DNA of 62,879 nucleotides, the filler included, from Psammoneis japonica (lineage: Eukaryota): NCBI GenBank assembly GCA_008632985.1. It is 5 parts of 5 records of this genome, joined end to end, with 100 filler letters (N's around TTAATTAATTAA, not from the genome) between each part and the next. Parts side by side here need not be neighbours in the genome. Positions count along the whole stretch, not along the records: positions 38,375 to 50,584 come from QPGO01000512.1; positions 50,685 to 62,879 come from QPGO01000513.1; 3 more parts are not named here. One strand, 5' to 3'. The translations under genes and the position numbers were made by a program. Positions 39,684 through 52,709 of this stretch are shown in pieces. Numbering within the stretch: position 1 is the first letter of the stretch; every line of letters starts with the position of its first letter. Under the pieces are notes generated by a model, which was not told the origin of the DNA, did no database searches, and saw nothing but the letters and a program-made list of their open reading frames with translations.

Positions 39684-40899
39684 GAGACAGGGTCATTGAG
39701 GTCCTTGACGGCAATCACGGCAGTGCTCCTCCTCTTTTTTGGTCTCTCCTGGAAGGGCAGTGAAATGTGGAGCATCCTCCAAATTGTGGTGGCAAAGAAT
39801 GCACTCACCTTTGTTCTGGCGGGACTTCTTCATCAAGCAACCACAAGTCATTGTGCAGGACCATGCGCTGGGACATCTGAGAGTTTTCCCAACAATGTTG
39901 TTTGTGCAGATGACTTTGGCAACACAGGGAATGCAACGAAGCTTCAGCTTGTGGCAAAGAAAAAGAAGCACAAGGAACTCTGGGGTGGGCAACCAAGACA
40001 CGCCCCAGCTCCAGGTGGGGCCTTGTTCCACTGAACTGTGACATCGATGGTTTTTTGGATCACACAGCATGTCGTGCATGCAGAATTGTGCAGCGCTTTT
40101 GTGAAATTTTGTGTCATTTTGTGGTGCACTTGTTGAGCAATCCATCCAACAACTTTTGACATTTTTGTCATGCAGCGCAATTCTGCAATGTCTTGAGAAT
40201 CACATGGGGCAGGCGCACCTGCAAAAACGTTGAGTGGCAAGAGGCTCAATTGTGCCACAAACTTGGCCGTTCATTTGATGTTGAAGATGAGTGTGTCTGT
40301 TGATTAAATTCTTGCACTGCGGAGCTTGTGCACAGAATTCTGCGGGCCCGATGTCACATGGAGTCCCACCCATGCGCCCCAATTTGTTCTCTCCACAAAC
40401 TGCTTTTTGGATGCATGCAGTGCAATCATGCTCCTGAACTTGGGCCCAAATGGCTCCACTCTGAAGCCATTGGTGAGATGTTCTGTGTTGTTGAAATTGA
40501 CATCATCAGGAAAGACAAAGGAGGGGTTGGGGTCGACCTCCTCCACTGATGGGGCAAAGTCATTGACCGGCCACCATGGCCAGTTGTCTGTTGGTGGAAC
40601 ATGCAGAAAGTGCATGAATCACAACAGCCCATGCTCTGGTCAAATTGACTTTGGGGAGACGGTGTGCTTTTGTGAAATGTGCAGGAGTTGGCATGTGCAG
40701 AAAAAAACACAGAGAACACAGCAAACACACCAACACAGAGCTCCGGAAACAAGTGTGGTGCAACAAGGAAATGTGCACACACGCAGAGGTGACTGGGCAG
40801 ACATGGGCAGCAGCATGTGGCGCGACACACAAGGGGGTGAAAACAAAAAAGCACAAACCAGTTTGAGGGCCAAATTGTCAAAGGCATGGAGCGCGGGTT

Positions 40900-43800
40900 G
40901 TCACGACCCAAAGCTTCTTTGACCACATGAAATTTGCAAATGTGAGTTGCTTGAGCATGAACAACCAACACAAATGGACAAAAAAAATCTGCGCGAAAAG
41001 GTCAAACACCTTGCACCATGAAAAGCGTCTTTGACCACATGACATTTGCAAATGTGAGTTGCTTGAGCATGAACAGCCAATGCAAATGGGCAAAAAAAAT
41101 CTGCGCAAAAAGGTCAAACACCTTGCGCCATGAAAAGAACATTCAAGTGTTGGCATCACAGTCAAAAGAGTGACACAAACAAAATGCAGTGGCGCGGCAA
41201 AAACCAATGAAAGTGATTGCCGCCACATTGCAGGCTCTCATGTGCTTGGCTTTTGGGTGGCTTCTGTGCAAAAAGCACCCCGGGCAATCTCTGGACCACC
41301 GCCTCAAAGGTCAAATGGCTTCAAACAAAGCTTTGACAAAGAAACTTGGCAGTTGCTGTTGGTTTTGCAGCGTCAGTGCTCAGGTTCAAATTTTTCCTTT
41401 TTTGGGTTCAAACTTTCAACTTCAACCAACTTGGGTTTTAAGTTTGAATTTTGAACCCAGCTGGGTCCAAAATTGCAGTTTTTGACCCGCCCCGAAAAAG
41501 GAAGGCGTGCACTTCTCACGAGGCAGCAGGCGACCTGTGCACATTTCCTGTCAGTTTCAGCTGCACTTGAGCAGACACACCAGACAATCTTTGGACCACC
41601 GCCTCAAAGGTCACATGGCTCCAAACAAAGCTTTGACAAAGAAACTTGGCAGTTGTTGTTGATTTTGCAGCATCAGTGCTCGGGTTCAATTTTTAACCTT
41701 TTTGGGCTCAAACTTTCAATTTCAACCAACTTGGGTTTTAAGTTTGAATTTTGAACCCAGCTGGGTCCAAAGCAGCAGTTTTCAACCCAACCCAAAGCTT
41801 GAAAAGGTCAAACACCTTACATTGTGAAAACAATGTTCAAGTGCTGGCATCACAGTCAAATGAGTGACACAAACAAAATGCAGTGGCGTGGCAAAAACGA
41901 ATGAAAGTGATTGCCGCCACATTGCAAGCTCTGATGTGCGTGGCTTTTGGGCAGTTTCTGTGCAAAAAGCATGCCAGGCAATCTCTGGGCCGCCGCCACC
42001 TCAAAGGGCAAATGGCTCAAAACAAAGCTTTGACAAAGAAACTTGGCAGTTGCTGTTGGTTTTGCAGCATCAGAGCTCAGGTTCAAATTTTTCCTTTTTT
42101 GGGTTCAAACTTTCAATTTCGACCAACTTGGGTTTTTAAATTTGAGTTTTGAACCCAGCAGGGTCCACAACTGCAGTTTTCAACCCGCCCCAAAAAAGGA
42201 AGGCGCGCACTTCTCATGAGGCAGCAGGTGACCTGCGCACATTTCCTGTCAGCTTCAGCTGCACTTCAGCAGACATGCCGCAGTTCTTGGCCCGTTCATT
42301 TTCTGCTTGGCCTGGCACAACCCAAATCCATGATGATTTGGCACATTTTGCCCTGCAGAAGAGTTTTTGGGAGTGTTCTCTGGCTCGCGACACCAAACAA
42401 CATGCAAAGTGACAAGGACAACAAGGTTTTGCCAATTTCAAAAATGTGGTTTGCTGCATGCATGCAGACAAAAGGTTGTTTTTGTCATGCCCTTTGTGAC
42501 ATTTGAAGGCTGCAACACGTCGCCGTGGTGCATCAACTCTCATTGGCAGCTGTGTGCTGCGCTCCTCCCCATGCATCACGCGTCCATGCGGCTCTTTGCC
42601 AACGTGCGCTGACACTGCACGGTTTTGGCGGAACAGTGTGGGTGCGCACGAAGGAACATGCAGAGCTGCACAGAGTTTCACGCGTTCGACAGTGATCAAC
42701 GTTGCTGCAGACAACTCCCGCTCAGGGTTTCGAACCCCTGGCCTCCTGCCTGATGGCTGCGATGAACCACTCCGCTGTGAATTCACAGTGCAGTGTGCAT
42801 GCAGACAAAAGGTCATTTTTGTCACGCCCTTTGTGACATTTAAAGGCTGTGACACGTTGCCGTGATGCGCTGACTCTTGTCAGCAGCTGTGTGTTGCAGG
42901 TTGTTTCTGAGTTGCTTTGCAGTGTGCTCTTGATGGAGTGCTGCACATCGTGGCACAAGGCGTGATGATCTCAAGAGTGCACAGGCTCGCATGAGTGGCT
43001 GATGGCAAAAAATGGTGTTGGGGGTTTGCATTGACAACATTTCCTCTGTTGTGTTGTGACTGACCTCATGCACTGCCACTCATGCTGTTTGTTTCTCTGA
43101 GGCTTTGTGTGCTCACATCCAATTGACTTGCGCGCACTTTCTCTTTCTGTGCTGCGCTTTTGTTCTGCAGGCTCTGCATTGTTGTGAGGTGCCCCAGAGA
43201 CACTTTTTCTCTGCCAGCTCATCATGGTGGCTCCAACAACGTGGGCCACTTCTTTTGGCTGTGCTGCAGTTGAGCTCAAGAGTGCACAGGCTTGCATGGG
43301 TGGCTGATGGCAAAAAATCATCTTGGGGGTTCGCACTGACAACATTGCCTCTGTTGCGTTGCGACTGACCTCGTGCACTGACCTTCATGCTTTGTGCCTT
43401 GCTGAGGCTTTGTGTGCTCACAGTTGTTTGGCTTGTGTGTGATTTCTCTTTCTGTGCCGCGCCTTTGTTCTGCAGGCTCTGCATTGTTGTGAGGCACCCC
43501 AGAGACACTTTTTCTCAACCAGAGCATTGTGGTGGCTCCAACGGTGCAAACCACTTCTTTTGACTGTGCAGCAGCTTTGTGACCCAACAAATTTGGCAAG
43601 TGAAAGAGGAGCCATCAAAAGATGCAGATGATGCCATTTTGATGCATTTTCGTCTGGCGGCGTCATTGTCGCTCATGACAAAGAGCCGCGCTTTCTTGCT
43701 TTTTGCTGCGTCTGTGTGAGAAAAGTGTGTGCTTGGCTCTTGGGCAGTTTCTGTGCAAAAAAGTGCCGGGCATTCTCTGAACCGCCCTCTCAAAGGCCAA

Positions 43801-46800
43801 ATGGCTCTGAACAAAGCTTTGACAAAGCAGCTCAGCAGCTGTTGTTGGTTTTGCAGCGCCGGTGTTCGGGCTCAATTTTTTCCCTTTTTTGGGCTCAAAC
43901 TTTCAATTTTAACCAACTTGGGTTTTCAGTTTCGATTTTGAGCCCGATTGGGTCCAAAATTGCAGTTTTCGACCCGACCCAAAGCTTTGGTCACAAAACA
44001 CTTGCAAGTGCAAGTTGCTTGAGCATGAATGATCAACGCAAATGAAAAAAAAAATCCTCATGAAAAGGTCAAACACCTTGCGCCATGAAAAGAATGTTCA
44101 AGTGTTGGGGTCACAGTCAAAAGAGCAACAAAAACAAAATGCAGCGGCGCAACAAAACCAATGAAAGTGATTGCCGCCACATTGTGGGCTCTGATGTGCT
44201 TGGCTCTTGGGCAGTTTCTGCAGAAAAAGCACGCCAGGCAATCTCTGGACCGCCGCCTCAAAGGTCAAATGGCTCCAAACAAAGCTTTGACAAAGGAACT
44301 TGGCAGCTGTTGTTGATTTCTCAGCGTCAGTTCTTGGGTTCAAATTTTTCCTTTTTTGGGCTCAAACATTCAATTTCAACCAACTTGGGTTTCAAACTTG
44401 AATTTTGAACCCAGCTGGGTCCAAAATTGCAGCTTTTGACCTGCAGCCTCAGTGGCGGGGTTCAATTTTTTCTTTTTTGGGTTCAAACTTTCAACTTTGA
44501 CCAGCTTGGGTTGCAAATTTGAATTTTGAACCCAGCTGGGTCCAAAATTGCAGTTTTCAACCCGGCCCAAAGCTTTGGTCACAAAACGCTTGCAAGTGCA
44601 AGTTGCTTGAGCATGAATGATCAACGCAGATGAAAAAAAAAATCCTCATGAAAAGGTCAAACACCTTGCACCATGAAAAGAATGTTCAAGTGTTGGGGCC
44701 ACAGTCAAAAGAGCAACAAAAACAAAATGCAGCGGCGCAACAAAAGCCAATGAAAGTGATTGCCGCCACATTGTGGGCTCTGATGTGCTTGGCTCTTGGG
44801 CAGTTTCTGCAGAAAAAGCGCGCCAGGCAATCTCTGGACCGCCGCCTCTGAGGTCAAATGGCTCCAAAAAAAGCTTTGACAAAGGAACTTGGCAGCTGTT
44901 GTTGATTTCTCAGCATCAGTGCTTGGGTTCAAATTTTTCCTTTTTTGGGTTCAAACTTTCAATTTTGACCAGCTTGGGTTGCAAACTTGAATTTTGAACC
45001 CAGCTGGGTCCGAAATTGCAGTTCTTGACCCGACCCAAAGCTTTCTTCACAAAACATTTGCAAGCGCAGTTGCTTGAGCATGAACGATCAACGCAAATGA
45101 AAAAATCCTCGTGAAAAGGTCAAACACCTTGCGCCATGAAAAGAACGTTCAAGTGCTGGCATCACAGTCAAAAGAGCAACAAAAACAAAATCATGCAGCG
45201 GTGCAACAAAAACCTGTGAAAGTGATTGCCGCCACATTGTGGGCTCTGATGTGCTTGGCTCTTGGGCAGTTTCTGCAGAAAAAGCATGCCAGGCAATCTC
45301 TGGACCGCCACCTCAAAGGTCAAATGGCTCCAAACAAAGCTTTGACAAAGGAACTTGGCAGCTGTTGTTGACTTCTCAGCATCAGCTCTTGGGTTCAAAT
45401 TTTTCCTTTTTTGGGCTCAAACATTCAATTTCAACCAACTTGGGTTTCAAACTTGAGTTTTGAACCCAGCTGGGTCCAAAGTTGCAGCTTTTGACCTGCA
45501 GCCTCAGTGGCGGGGTTCAATTTTTTCTTTTTTGGGTTCAAACTTTCAATTTTGACCAGCTTTGGTTGCTGACTTGAATTTTGAGCCCAGCTGGGTCCAC
45601 AGCTGCAGCTTTTGACCCGAGACGCGCCCCAGGTCTAGGTGGCACCTCGCAATGCTGAACTGTGACATCTGCAGTTTTTTGAATCGCGTCGCATGTCGCG
45701 CACGTACATTTCTACGTGATTTTGGCGAAATTTTGCATGATTTTATGGTGCATTGATCAGGCCATCCATTGAACAACTTTTNNNNNNNNNNNNNNNNNNN
45801 NNNNNNNNNNNNNNNNNNNNNNNNNNNNNNNNNNNNNNNNNNNNNNNNNNNNNNNNNNNNNNNNNNNNNNNNNNNNNNNNNNNNNNNNNNNNNNNNNNNN
45901 NNNNNNNNNNNNNNNNNNNNNNNNNNNNNNNNNNNNNNNNNNNNNNNNNNNNNNNNNNNNNNNNNNNNNNNNNNNNNNNNNNNNNNNNNNNNNNNNNNNN
46001 NNNNNNNNNNNNNNNNNNNNNNNNNNNNNNNNNNNNNNNNNNNNNNNNNNNNNNNNNNNNNNNNNNNNNNNNNNNNNNNNNNNNNNNNNNNNNNNNNNNN
46101 NNNNNNNNNNNNNNNNNNNNNNNNNNNNNNNNNNNNNNNNNNNNNNNNNNNNNNNNNNNNNNNNNNNNNNNNNNNNNNNNNNNNNNNNNNNNNNNNNNNN
46201 NNNNNNNNNNNNNNNNNNNNNNNNNNNNNNNNNNNNNNNNNNNNNNNNNNNNNNNNNNNNNNNNNNNNNNNNNNNNNNNNNNNNNNNNNNNNNNNNNNNN
46301 NNNNNNNNNNNNNNNNNNNNNNNNNNNNNNNNNNNCTTTTTTGGGTTCAAACTTTCAATTTTGACCAGCTTGGGTTGCAAACTTGAATTTTGAACCCAGC
46401 TGGGTCCAAAATTGCAGTTCTCGACCCGACCCAAAGCTTTCTTCACAAAACATTTGCAAGCGCAAGTTGCTTGAGCATGAGCGATCAACGCAAATGAAAA
46501 AATCCTCGTGAAAAGGTCAAACACCTTGCGCCATGAAAAGAACGTTCAAGTGTTGGCATCACAGTCAAAAGAGCAACAAAAACAAAATCATGCAGCGGCG
46601 CAACAAAAACCTGTGAAAGTGGTTGCCGCCACATTGTGGGCTCTGATGTGCTTGGCTCTTGGGCAGTTTCTGCAGAAAAAGCATGCCAGGCAATCTCTGG
46701 ACCGCCACCTCAAAGGTCAAATGGCTCCAAACAAAGCTTTGACAAAGGAACTTGGCAGCCATTGTTGATTTCTCAGCGTCAGCTCTTGGGTTCAAATTTT

Positions 46801-49800
46801 TCCTTTTTTGGGCTCAAACACTCAACTTCAACCAACTTGGGTTTCAAACTTGAATTTTGAACCCAGCTGGGTCCAAAATTGCAGCTTTTGACCTGCAGCC
46901 TCAGTGGCGGGGTTCAATTTTTTCTTTTTTGGGTTCAAACTTTCAACTTTGACCAGCTTGGGTTGCAAACTTGAGCTTTGAACCCAGCTGGGTCCAAAAT
47001 TGCAGCTCTCGACCCAGCCCAAAGCTTTCTTCACAAAACATTTGCAAGCACAAGTTGCTTGAGCATGAGCGATCAATGCAAATGAAAAAAATCCTCATGA
47101 AAAGGTCAAACACCTTGCGCCATGAAAAGAATGTTCAAGTGCTGGCATCGCAGTCAAAAGAGCAACAAAAACAAAATCATGCAGCGGCGCAACAAAAACC
47201 TGTGAAAGTGATTGCCGCCACATTGTGGGCTCTGATGTGCTTGGCTCTTGGGCAGTTTCTGCAGAAAAAGCATGCCAGGCAATCTCTGGACCGCCACCTC
47301 AAAGGTCAAATGGCTCCAAACAAAGCTTTGACAAAGGAACTTGGCAGCTGTTGTTGATTTCTCAGCATCAGTTCTTGGGTTCAAATTTTTCCTTTTTTGG
47401 GCTCAAACTTTCAATTTCAACCGACTTGGGTTTCAAGTTTGAATTTTGAACCCAGTTGTGTCCAAAATTGCAGTTTTTGACCCGCCCCAAAAAAGGAAGG
47501 TGTGCACTTCTCACGAGGCAGCAGGCGACCTGTGCACATTTCCTGTCAGTTTCAGCTGCACTTGAGCAGACACTCCAGACAATCTTTGGACCGCTGCCTC
47601 AAAGGTCACATGGCTCCAAACAAAGCTTTGACAAAGAAACTTGGCAGTTGTTGTTGATTTTGTGGCATCAGTGCTCGGGTTCAATTTTTTCCCTTTTTGG
47701 GCTCAAACTTTCAACTTCAACCAACTTGGGTTTCAAGTTTGAATTTTGAACCCAGCTGGGTCCAAAACAGCAGTTTTCAACCCAACCCAAAGCTTGAAAA
47801 GGTCAAACACCTTGCGTTGTGAAAACAATGTTCAAGTGCTGGCATCACAGTCAAATGAGTGACACAAACAAAATGCAGCGGCGTGGCAAAAACGAATGAA
47901 AGTGATTGCCGCCACATTGCAAGCTCTGATGTGCGTGGCTTTTGGGCAGCTTCTGTGCAAAAAGCATGCCAGGCAATCTCTGGGCCACCGCCACCTCAAA
48001 GGTCAAATGGCTCCAAACAAAGCTTTGACAAAGGAACTTGGCAGCTGTGTTGATTTCTCAGCATCAGTCTTGGTTCAAATTTTTCCTTTTTTGGGTTCAA
48101 ACTTTCAAGTTCAACCAACTTGGGTTTTAAATTTGAATTTTGAACCAAGCAGGGTCCACAACTGCAGTTTTCAACCCACCCCAAAAAAGGAAGGCACGCA
48201 CTTCTCATGAGGCAGCAGGTGACCTGCGCACATTTCCTGTCAGTTTCAGCTGCACTTGAGCAGACATGCGCAGTCTTGCCGTCATTCTGCGTGCCTGGCA
48301 CACCAAGTCCATGCTGATTGGCACATTGCCCTGCAGAAGAGTTTTGGGATGTCTGGCTCGTGACACCAAACAACATGCAAAGTGACAAGGACAACAAGGT
48401 TTTGCCAATTTCAAAAATGTGGTTGTTTCTGAGTTGCTTTGCAATTTGCTCTTGATGGAGTGCTGCACATCGTGGCACAAGGCGTGATGATCTCAAGAGT
48501 GCGCAGGCTCGCATGAGTGGCTGATGGCAAAAAATGGCATTGACGGCTTGCGTTGACGACATTTCCTCTGTTGTGTTGTGACTGACCTCATGCACTGCCA
48601 CTCATGCTGTGTGTTTCTCTGAGGCTTTGTGTGCTCACATCCAATTGACTTGCACGCACTTTCTCTTTCTGCGCTGCGCTTTTGTTTTGCAGGCTCTGCA
48701 TTGTTGCGAGGTGCCCCAGAGACACTTTTTCTCTGCCAGCTCATCATGGTGGCTCCAACAATGTGCTCAAGAGTGCACAGGCTTGCATGGGTGGCTGATG
48801 GCAAAAAATCATCTTGGGGGTTCGCACTGACAACATTGCCTCTGTTGCGTTGCGACTGACCTCGTGCACTGACCTTCATGCTTTGTGCCTTGCTGAGGCT
48901 TTGTGTGCTCACAGTTGTTTGGCTTGCGTGTGCTTTCTCTTTCTGTGCTGCGCCTTTGTTCTGCAGGCTCTGCATTGTTGCAAGGCACCCCAGAGACACT
49001 TTTTCTTGACCAGAGCATCGTGGTGGCTCCAATGGTGCAAGCCACTTCTTTTGACTGTGCAGCAGCTTTGTGACCCAGAAAATTTGGCAAGTGAAAGAGG
49101 AGCCATCAAAAGATGCAGATGACGCCATTTTGATGCATTTTCGTCTGGCAGCGTCATTGTCGCTCATGACAAAGAGCCGCGCTTTCTTGCTTTGTGCTGC
49201 GTCTGTGTGAGAAAGTGTGTGCTTGGCTCTTGGGCAGCTTCTGTGCAAAAAGTGCCGGGCATTCTCTGAGCCGCCCTCTCAAAGGCCAAATGGCTCTGAA
49301 CAAAGCTTTGACAAAGCAGCTCAGCAGCTGTTGCTGGTTTGCAGCGCCGGTGTCGGTTCAATTTTTTCCTTTTTTGGGCTCAAACTTTCAATTTTGACCA
49401 ACTTGGGTTTTCAACTTCGATTTTGAACCCAGCTGGGTCCAAAATTGCTGTTTTTGACCCGACCCAAAGCTTTGGTCACACAACACATTTGCAAGTGCAA
49501 GTTGCTTGAGCATGAGTGGTCAACGCAAATGAAAAAAAATCCTCATGCTGAGCATGACGATGGCAATGAAAAGAAATCCTCCGAAAGACACCTTGCCCAT
49601 GAAAAGAATGTTCAAGTGTTGGGGTCACAGCCAAAAGAGCAGCAAAAACAAAATGCAGTGGCACAACAAAAGCCAATGAAAGTGATTGCCGCCACATTGT
49701 GGGCTCTGACGTGCTTGGCTCTTGGGCAGTTTCTGCAGAAAAAGCGCGCCAGGCAATCTCTGGACCACCACCTCAAAGGTCAAATGGCTCCAAACAAAGC

Positions 49801-50584
49801 TTTGACAAAGGAGCTTGGCAGCTGTTGTTGATTTCTCAGCGTCAGTTCTTGGGTTCAAATTTTTCCTTTTTTGGGCTCAAACATTCAATTTGAACCAACT
49901 TGGGTTTCAAACTTGAATTTTGAACCCAGCTGGGTCCAAAATTGCAGCTTTTGACCTGCAGCCTCAGTGGCGGGGTTCAACAATTTTCTTTTTGGGTTCA
50001 AACTTTCAATTTTGACCAGCTTGGGTTGCAAATTTGAACTTTGAACCCAGCTGGGTCCAAAATTGCAGTTTTCGACCCAACCCAAAGCTTTGGTCACAAA
50101 ACGCTTGCAAGTGCAAGTTGCTTGAGCATGAATGATCAACGCAAGTGAAAAAAAAATCCTCGTGAAAAGGTCAAACACCTTGCGCCATGAAAAGAATGTT
50201 CAAGTGTTGGGGCCACAGTCAAAAGAGCAACAAAAACAAAATGCAGTGGCGCAACAAAAGCCAATGAAAGTGATTGCCGCCACATTGTGGGCTCTGATGT
50301 GCTTGGCTCTTGGGCAGTTTCTGCAGAAAAAGCGCACCAGGCAATCTCTGGACCGCCGCCTCCAAGGTCAAATGGCTCCAAAAAAAGCTTTGACAAAGGA
50401 GCTTGGCAGCTGTTGTTGATTTCTCAGCATCAGTGCCTGGGTTCAAATTGCTCCTTTTTTGGGCTCAAACTTTCAACTTTGACCAGCTTGGGTTGCAAAC
50501 TTGAATTTTGAACCCAGCTGGGTCCAAAATTGCAGCTCTCGACCCGACCCAAAGCTTTCTTCACAAAACATTTGCAAGCACAAG
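40900..50584 (+). repeat. Complex satellite array (~300-590 bp units) with a ~6-kb higher-order duplication
   Basis: aaaaggtcaaacacctt recurs at ~40997, 41108, 41802, 44063, 44651, 45114, 46511, 47100, 47797 and 50165. 41.45-44.9 kb is repeated at 47.45-50.58 kb. Confidence 0.93.
42715..42785 (-). other. tRNA-like remnant (Pol III A and B boxes), possible SINE head
   Basis: Minus strand CAGCGGAGTGG (A-box with TA->CA) and CAGGGGTTCGAAACCCTG (B-box/T-arm stem-loop). No clean cloverleaf. Confidence 0.3.
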
Positions 50585-50684
50585 NNNNNNNNNNNNNNNN
50601 NNNNNNNNNNNNNNNNNNNNNNNNNNNNTTAATTAATTAANNNNNNNNNNNNNNNNNNNNNNNNNNNNNNNNNNNNNNNNNNNN

Positions 50685-52360
50685 TTCTCAACTGTCGGCC
50701 ACTCGCAATCTAGCCCAATCACCCGCTCACCTTCTGGTCTCTGCTTTGTGAGGTCTCGCAGAGCATCAACAGCCGTGTCCATTTCGGCGTTGCTGTGTGG
50801 GACACGAATGTCTTCAGGGTTAATTTTGCAGACAGGGAATTCATCGTCAGCAGCGGAGGTGGTTGCAGTGCAGCTCTTGTTGTGCAACTCTTCAAATTCT
50901 TGCAAGGATGGAATCATGTCAAGAAGGAAAGCTTTGTCGGCACCAGGTTTGTCGGTGAATGCAAGCTCCACCGGATCCTGCCCGTGCGCTTCAACTGTCT
51001 TCAGAAAGGCGGACATTGCATTCCGCATCTGGTCATGGCCATCGGACACCACGTGGTGTTGCATTCTCATCTCACCAAACTCATTTGCACAGGTGACAAG
51101 CCCCTTGAATGTGGGGTTGCTGTGGCATTGACAAAGGTGCTTCGCCTCTTTGAATGAAGCATCAATGTGCAGGCGACGAGCTCCCCTCTTCTTCACCTCT
51201 TTGTCCAAATGCGGGCGAGTGGACTTGTGATGCTCCTTGTGGACATGAGCGTGGTGCTTCCCAGTCGGGACAAGTCCGTCGTGTCCCGATTTGTCAGAGA
51301 ACGGTGAGCACATGCTTCGCCGAACTGTTGGATTCAACATCCTCTCACGCTTGCACTTGTTCTCCCGTTTGATGTGTTCGCGGCAGTGCTTTTTGGAGTG
51401 CAACTCAAGAAGCAGGCTGGAAAGGGCTTCCGGGCACATTCCTTTGTCGTGCACTGGACGCATGAGGTCTGGCACTGTTTCCTCATTCACTCCGGCCCTG
51501 TGAGCAAGGAAAGCAGGAAACTCATCGCCGCATCCATGAGGAAGCAGTTCAGTGGATGCGGGGTTGCAGCCCACAAAAGTGTGTTGTGTCACGTCATCGT
51601 CACCTTGCCTTCATTGTTCCTTGCAGCCATGACAAATGCATTGGGCTGTCATGGCACAGTGGCACGTGTTCAGTGCAATGACTCGTCTTGCACAGTGATT
51701 CGTTTGACATCCGTGAACACCAACTCGATGGTTCGATCCGCATGAGACACAAAATGGAGTGGCTTCTGGACCCCACCTGATGTGAGGCAGCCAAACAATG
51801 ATCTCTCAGTAGCATGAGGGCTCTTCACAATCGACACCAAGCTTCTGACAGGTCTTCCGTGCATCTGTGACGGGAATTCTCCAATCACTTTCTTTTGGCT
51901 GCTCCAAGAGCCACCTTCTGTTCAGAGCCCCACCGAGATTCCCAGTGGTTTCTTGCCTGAGTTGATCACGAACTGCCCTCAGGCATTTGAGCATGGTCCC
52001 GCCAGGTCCACTGATGTCTTCATCCATGAGATCATCACACTCAGCAAAATCATCCAGCTCTGCCACCACAGGAGGCAAGTCCTCAATCCTCAAAGAGGGC
52101 TCGTCTCTGTCTGGGTCTTGCTGTCCTTCTTCTTCATCCACATCTTGAACTTCTGGTGGATTGTGTTCCTCTGCCCTGGGAGGAGTTACTTGAGTTCTCA
52201 CAGCGCCGCCATTCAGAGCCGCAGCCATGGCCTCCCTGCCCTTCTGGGCCTTTTTTGCAGCCATTTGCCTCCTCCTCTCTGCTTTCTCCTCTGGAGTCAA
52301 AGCTCGCCTCTTCTTCCTTTGTTTCTTATCCTTTGATCCTTTCTTTCTGCCTGGTGCCAT
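50685..52360 (-). mobile_element. Decayed putative transposon gene (DUF6729-like region) running into a DEDD 3'-5' exonuclease motif I
   Basis: EFPAFLAHRAG..LMRP..LLELHSK, HIDASFKEAKHL..FKGLVT..NEFGEMR, then RVIGLDCEWP at the gap. NLS-like N-terminus MAPGRKKGSKDKKQRKKRR. Domain naming is from recall only. Confidence 0.55.
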
Positions 52361-52709
52361 GGTTGTTGTTGACGACAATACGATTCGAACGTCGGTGCGG
52401 TATGGAGTGTGGAGTTGTTTTTTGCGAGTTGTCTTGCGGGGTTTGTTTCTGCAATTTTTTGGGCGCGGTTCCACCACACAAGTATTTATTGCTGAAGCGA
52501 GCGTGAAAGATTGGCTCCGCGTCTTCTGATTGGCTGAATCCCAAGATCTTTTACTCTTCGCGCGGTTTCGACGTGTTTTTGGCAGTACAAAACCCACGTA
52601 CTGGGGTTCGAGCTCTCGAGTAAAAGATCCAGTAGCATGAACTATGAGCCGCTCTAGCTAGGGCTACTCTAGAGAGAGAGAGTAGAGTCCATAGTCTTAC
52701 CGCGCGCGA

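Larger units (their letters stand above)
33020..52300. other. ~19-kb TpA-depleted repeat domain (spans linker gaps)
   Basis: TA nearly absent except TTAA/TTTA/CTA contexts. ORF remnants are Cys/His-rich and almost Tyr-free. Confidence 0.9.

Noticed and set aside
40900..50584. CRISPR array or tandem small genes in the satellite
   Set aside because: Whole units repeat with no unique spacers, no cas genes are present and the context is eukaryotic. The short ORFs arise from missing TAA/TAG.
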